From: an uncultured Gammaproteobacteria bacterium
GTDB lineage: Bacteria > Pseudomonadota > Gammaproteobacteria > Steroidobacterales > Rariloculaceae
Direction: 5' to 3'
DNA length: 64,000 bases
Assembly (NCBI GenBank): GCA_963817615.1
Contig: CAWFPH010000003.1
Location: forward strand, 1,904,856-1,968,855
Positions 61,201 through 64,000 of this stretch are shown piece by piece. A program made the position numbers and the translations under genes. The first letter of the stretch is position 1. Each line of letters begins with the position of its first letter. The notes under the pieces are model-generated. The model had not been told where the DNA came from. It searched no databases and saw only the letters and a list, made by a program, of their open reading frames with translations.

Positions 61201-62555
61201 GAGTTGATCGCGCCGAGCGCGCCGTGGGACGGTGCAGTGACGATCGCGAACGTCAGCGCATTGCCGTCGGCATCCGAACCCGCCAGCGTGAGCGGCAGCG
61301 CAACGTCTTCGTTCGTGCTCGACGACTGCGCGGCCGCCGTCGGAGGAGTATTGCCGGCTACCGATCCGGCCTGCAACGTCGCGGCTTGTAAACCGATGTT
61401 GCCGCCGTAGTCGGTCACGATCGTGTGCCGAATCGTGAGGGTGCGTCCGGCGGAGGCGGCGGCGTAGGTGAGAGTGATGACCCGTATGTACGCGTTCCCC
61501 GACGAGTCGCCGATTGTCGTCGTGAACGGGGTGGCGCTGCCGTCGCTCAGCGTTGCCTGCACTTGGCCTTGCGTCATCCAGCCGCCGACGTAGATTCGAA
61601 CCGTCCGCTGTGTGGTATCGGCTGGGAGCGTCAGCTGGTAGCCGTGACCGAGACCCGTGAAATAGATCAGTGACTGAGTACCGCCGTTGCCGGCGGTCGG
61701 CGTGCCGTCCGTCCAGCTGTGGAACGTCCACACCGAATCCCCTTGATAACCGATCGCGCTGGCGCCGATCGCCGTGATGTTGCTGATCTGCTGGGCGACG
61801 CTCGCTTTGCGGTCGAAGCTGCTCGACGTCGGTCCCCAATGTGCCCAATCGGCTGTGCCTTCCGCCGTCAGATTCACCGAGGACGGCGAAGTGCCGACCG
61901 CACCGGAGAGCGTGCCGGAACCCGACGAAGAGCCCCCTTGGAGAGTCACGGCTTGCAAGCCGATGTTACCGCCGTAGTCGTTGACGATCGTTTGCTTAAT
62001 CGTCAGCGTTTGACCGGTAGCCGCGGCGGCGTAGGTCAGCGTGACCATGTTCGCATAGGCGTTGCCCGACGAATTCCCGATCGTCGCGGTGAATGCCGTT
62101 GCGCTACCGTCGCTCAGCGTCGCTTGCACCAGGCTCTGAGTCATCCATCCGCCGAGATAGATGCGCACGGTCCGCTGCGTCGTGTCGGCAGGGACGGTCA
62201 GCTGATAACCGTGGCCGACTCCCGTGAAGTAAACGAGCGCCTGAGTGCCCCCGTTGCTCGCCGTCGGCGTACCGTCCGACCAGCTGTGAAACGTCCAGAC
62301 AGAATCGCCCTGATACCCGATCGCGCTCGCGCCGATCGTCGTGATGTTGCTGATCTGCTGTGAAACGCCGGACTTGCGGTCGAAACTGCTCGCGGTCGGC
62401 CCCCAATGGGCCCAGTCCGCCGTTCCCTCGGCGGTCAGGTTCACCGAAGTAGGCGCGGTCGCGACCGTGCCGGTGAGCTGCGCGCCCGAGGCGACACCCA
62501 CGTAAAGGAACAGCAGAGGGACCAACGACCGTAGAATCTTGCCAGCAAGCTTCAT
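58233..62555 (-). CDS. Giant secreted mosaic protein: 3 copies of an unassigned ~189-aa module, cadherin-like and Ig-like domains, LamG/ConA-like domain, SGNH/GDSL hydrolase and C-terminal beta-sandwich
   Basis: Uninterrupted ORF. ATG 62555 gives the signal peptide MKLAGKILRSLVPLLFLYVGVASGA; GTG 62603 is the ORF-track start. The SGNH blocks are VAVGDSITNG, FNEGIGGDDS, LLIGTNDS and SDTLHPN. There is no PEP-CTERM, LPXTG or autotransporter end. Confidence 0.85.
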   Translation of the reverse strand: MKLAGKILRSLVPLLFLYVGVASGAQLTGTVATAPTSVNLTAEGTADWAHWGPTASSFDRKSGVSQQISNITTIGASAIGYQGDSVWTFHSWSDGTPTASNGGTQALVYFTGVGHGYQLTVPADTTQRTVRIYLGGWMTQSLVQATLSDGSATAFTATIGNSSGNAYANMVTLTYAAAATGQTLTIKQTIVNDYGGNIGLQAVTLQGGSSSGSGTLSGAVGTSPSSVNLTAEGTADWAHWGPTSSSFDRKASVAQQISNITAIGASAIGYQGDSVWTFHSWTDGTPTAGNGGTQSLIYFTGLGHGYQLTLPADTTQRTVRIYVGGWMTQGQVQATLSDGSATPFTTTIGDSSGNAYIRVITLTYAAASAGRTLTIRHTIVTDYGGNIGLQAATLQAGSVAGNTPPTAAAQSSSTNEDVALPLTLAGSDADGNALTFAIVTAPSHGALGAINSISCTGTPSNCTAHVTYTPAANYNGPDSFSFKTNDGVAASTPATVTLTVNPVNDPPVLTTPGNQSVTEGQTLNFGVTASDPDVGDTLQITASSLPAGAGFTASGGSGTFTWTPPAGAAAGSPYSVTFTARDAANATDAQSVSITVLSSSSGATLSGSVTTAPASVNLTAVGTADWAHWGPTAGTFNHKAGVAQQISNFTAIGTSANGYQGDTAWTVHSWSDGTPTVSSAGTQSLVYFTGVGHGYQLTVPADTTPRTVKIYLGGWMSQSQVQATLSDGSASSYTTTIGDSSGNVYARVITLTYSAASANQTLTIRHTIVTDYGGNIGLQAVALAGNAAVLTLPFTDNFDDGNSVGWAVVNESNLSPSWLVSAGQFLENNRVESLQTFDQTYHLGTFAYLSAGSTLTDYRFSVDATFLSSDGPDDLSDDLGVMFRYVDPNNYYRFTMNARYGFSRLEKKVAGVFTPLAVDGRGYVVGQTEHITIDVQGNKIQVLRNGVPLFAVQDSALSTGTVALYCQDRSTFDNVLIQAVGSSPSITLSTPTSYSTQVTNLLSVSAIATQVPTGGKVVFTLDGTNSITDTTEPYTATYSSVTPGNHTVVASLRNSSNVEIARDTNTAVGTTGEYFVAVGDSITNGIGDNFGTDDQSLNGRIVADEGMEAPLTNLLENSLGKQVMVFNEGIGGDDSSQTAFSRLNSIKARHPASQKVLLLIGTNDSNRGIPSGSGCSGTACNGTYKGNVQTVINSLTSAGKTVYVALVPPAFGSGSTIFTDPLNSWRNVSYIQPYNDVIRYELTGRQVGPDLFSYFLSSTVNRFSLFSDTLHPNGLGHVVLATLWHNALNPSAPAALPFVLDNLSRSTVAPYLKQNLLELDDFYYVDGSYRLTSIPSVLANGRWIMTANADVGNTSSNYLTFSVDRPVTVYVAYDAGAASRPTWMSAFTDTGLSVGTTNPAGTSMRLYSRTYNAGSVTLGGNLAAGASGADANYIAIVVAN
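60204..60743 (-). repeat. WAHWGP module copy 3 (aa ~621-800), separated from copy 2 by the cadherin-like and Ig-like domains
   Basis: LSGSVTTAPASVNLTAVGTADWAHWGP...HGYQLTVPADTTPRTVKIYLGGWMSQ...DYGGNIGLQAVALAG. Confidence 0.8.
61371..61910 (-). repeat. WAHWGP module copy 2 (aa ~232-411), directly tandem to copy 1 with a 189-aa period
   Basis: LSGAVGTSPSSVNLTAEGTADWAHWGP...HGYQLTLPADTTQRTVRIYVGGWMTQ...DYGGNIGLQAATLQ. Confidence 0.8.
61938..62477 (-). repeat. WAHWGP module copy 1 (aa ~43-222 of the GTG-numbered ORF)
   Basis: LTGTVATAPTSVNLTAEGTADWAHWGP...HGYQLTVPADTTQRTVRIYLGGWMTQ...DYGGNIGLQAVTLQ. Confidence 0.8.
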
Positions 62556-62900
62556 GGCGGGGTTCGACTCACTCCTTGACCGCGTATTCGCCGGGAGGCG
62601 CACCTACAAACCTGCAGCATCCGCCGCAGAGCTCAAAGAACCTTGAGCCTGCAGTCTGACACATGCAAAACGATTCCTTAACAGCCGCCTCGGAGGCGCG
62701 TAAGAAATACCGACACTCCCGATGCCGCGACAGCGACTGTAGCGACCGTTTAGCGAACTTTGTGGTGCGAATGCATCGACTGGCACCGTGGCGCCAATCG
62801 ACGCTCGAGCGCACTTTTGAGAAGCCGTCCTGTGGCGCAAACGCCGGTAGTCCTTACAATTGATCTAATTTTTTTTCATTTGATCGGAGCGGATTGGCCA

Positions 62901-63650
62901 ATGGAGATGAAGTTGCCGAAAGCCCTACGTCGCGCGGTGCACCGAGGGTCGCGATACGAGTGCCCATTCTGCGCCTCGATCGTGAACGCGATGAAGCCGT
63001 TCGGCTTCGAGTTTCCGGTGCTTGCAGAGAAACGGGTCGTCGGGGGCGGTCTGCGCGACAATTGCCTGTGTCCTGTCTGCGGTTCTGTCGACCGCGAGCG
63101 GCTGCTGCTTCTCTACCTGCGCGAACGCACCTCGCTGTTCACTCGGCCGACCAAGTTGCTGCACTTCGCGCCCGAACCGCAGCTGCGTACCGAGATAGCG
63201 AAGCATCGGAACGTGAACTACACGACGGCCGATCTGAACCGCGACGACGTCACCGCTCGGATCGACATCACCGACATTCGTTTCCCCGACGCCTCCTTCG
63301 ACGCGATCATTTGCAATCACGTGCTCGAGCACATCCCCGACGATCGCAAGGCGATGAAGGAGCTCCGCCGCGTGCTCAAGCCCGGCGGCTGGGGCATTCT
63401 GCAGGTGCCGATTTCCTACGTGCTCGCCGCCACCCACGAAGATCCGTCGATCGTCACCACCGAAGCGCGCGAGCAAGCCTTCGGCCAGTACGACCACGTG
63501 AGAATCTACGCAAAGGACTACGTCGACCGGCTCGTCGGCGCCGGATTCAAAGTCGAGCAGTTCGACTGGACGAAGCAAGGCGACGCCTTCGGCGGCTCGT
63601 CGAATCGGTTTGCGCTGATCCCCGAAGAGCGTGTCTTTGCGGTAGCCTGA
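62901..63650 (+). CDS. Class I SAM-dependent methyltransferase with an N-terminal Cys4 zinc-ribbon
   Basis: ATG 62901 (MEMKLPKAL...). YECPFC...CLCPVCGS, then FDAIICNHVLEHI and LKPGGWGILQVP. Confidence 0.8.
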   Translation: MEMKLPKALRRAVHRGSRYECPFCASIVNAMKPFGFEFPVLAEKRVVGGGLRDNCLCPVCGSVDRERLLLLYLRERTSLFTRPTKLLHFAPEPQLRTEIAKHRNVNYTTADLNRDDVTARIDITDIRFPDASFDAIICNHVLEHIPDDRKAMKELRRVLKPGGWGILQVPISYVLAATHEDPSIVTTEAREQAFGQYDHVRIYAKDYVDRLVGAGFKVEQFDWTKQGDAFGGSSNRFALIPEERVFAVA

Positions 63651-63682
63651 TCTTGCACCGACGGCGGCGCCGGCGACGCAGA

Positions 63683-64000
63683 TCAGACGGCCTGCGAGCG
63701 CCCGCGAAAATGACGGACGACTTCCGGGACGTCTAGCAGCCAAAACAGCGCTGCAGCAGCAACGCGCCCGTAGCTGATTCGTAGACCGATCTTCGCCAAG
63801 GAGTCCCGCTGATATTTCCAGAAATCGCGGCCCTTCCGCTGGAAGACGGATTTGCCGAGAAAGCGGTAGTGAACGGCTATTCGCAGACGCATCATTCGCT
63901 CGAACTCGTCCCGCGAGAAGTGCCTCCGGCCGTATTGCTGGAAAATCCAGAGATCCTCGGACGGGTAGGTGTTGTAGCGGCGGTTACGCGACGTGTACGA
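63683..64000 (-). CDS. Hypothetical protein, C-terminal part (5' end outside the window)
   Basis: The frame is open from the window edge (...YTSRNRRYNTYPSEDLWIFQQYGRRHFSRDEFERMMRLRIAVHYRFLGK...*). No family was recognised. Confidence 0.4.
   Translation of the reverse strand, partial: SYTSRNRRYNTYPSEDLWIFQQYGRRHFSRDEFERMMRLRIAVHYRFLGKSVFQRKGRDFWKYQRDSLAKIGLRISYGRVAAAALFWLLDVPEVVRHFRGRSQAV

Overview
High-GC (roughly 65%) proteobacterial chromosomal segment; the GlrK/GlrR-type module and the gltX plus tRNA-Ala(GGC)/tRNA-Glu context suggest a gamma- or betaproteobacterium. The left ~22 kb is core and regulatory: pckG 3' end, a class III cyclase-FHA protein, dusA, a 1160-aa PAS/GAF/GGDEF/EAL protein, galE, a GlrK-lipoprotein-GlrR module, the sigma54 activator PrsR, a DegT-type aminotransferase, a MobA-like gene, an HDOD gene, gltX, two tRNAs, the multi-TM GAF histidine kinase PrsK and a WecA-like initiating transferase. 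The right ~42 kb is a mosaic polysaccharide island with patches of lower GC (about 50-55% by eye). It holds a Wza/Wzz/Wzc-type export trio of the kind seen in XrtA/PEP-CTERM loci, an O-antigen-ligase-like gene, many glycosyltransferases and an unusual number of SAM methyltransferases. It also holds an intact Wzm/Wzt ABC exporter, CDP-/NDP-sugar genes, an IS3-family element sitting among IS remnants, and an EpsL-like outer-membrane barrel. No exosortase gene, PEP-CTERM substrate, CRISPR array or rRNA was seen. Three observations stand out. (1) Two blocks (about 23.1-37.7 kb and 47.6-52.4 kb) have almost every gene broken by several frameshifts, while 3.5-kb and 4.3-kb ORFs elsewhere are uninterrupted. 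(2) A ~1.9-kb lower-GC cassette with an FkbM-like methyltransferase lies between two copies of a 92-bp gene-junction repeat. (3) An operon encodes a ~1440-aa secreted mosaic protein (three copies of an unassigned ~189-aa module, cadherin/Ig-like domains, a LamG-like domain, an SGNH hydrolase and a C-terminal beta-sandwich) plus a small NTF2-like secreted protein. All family assignments come from reading the translations and from recall of family signatures. No database search was run.
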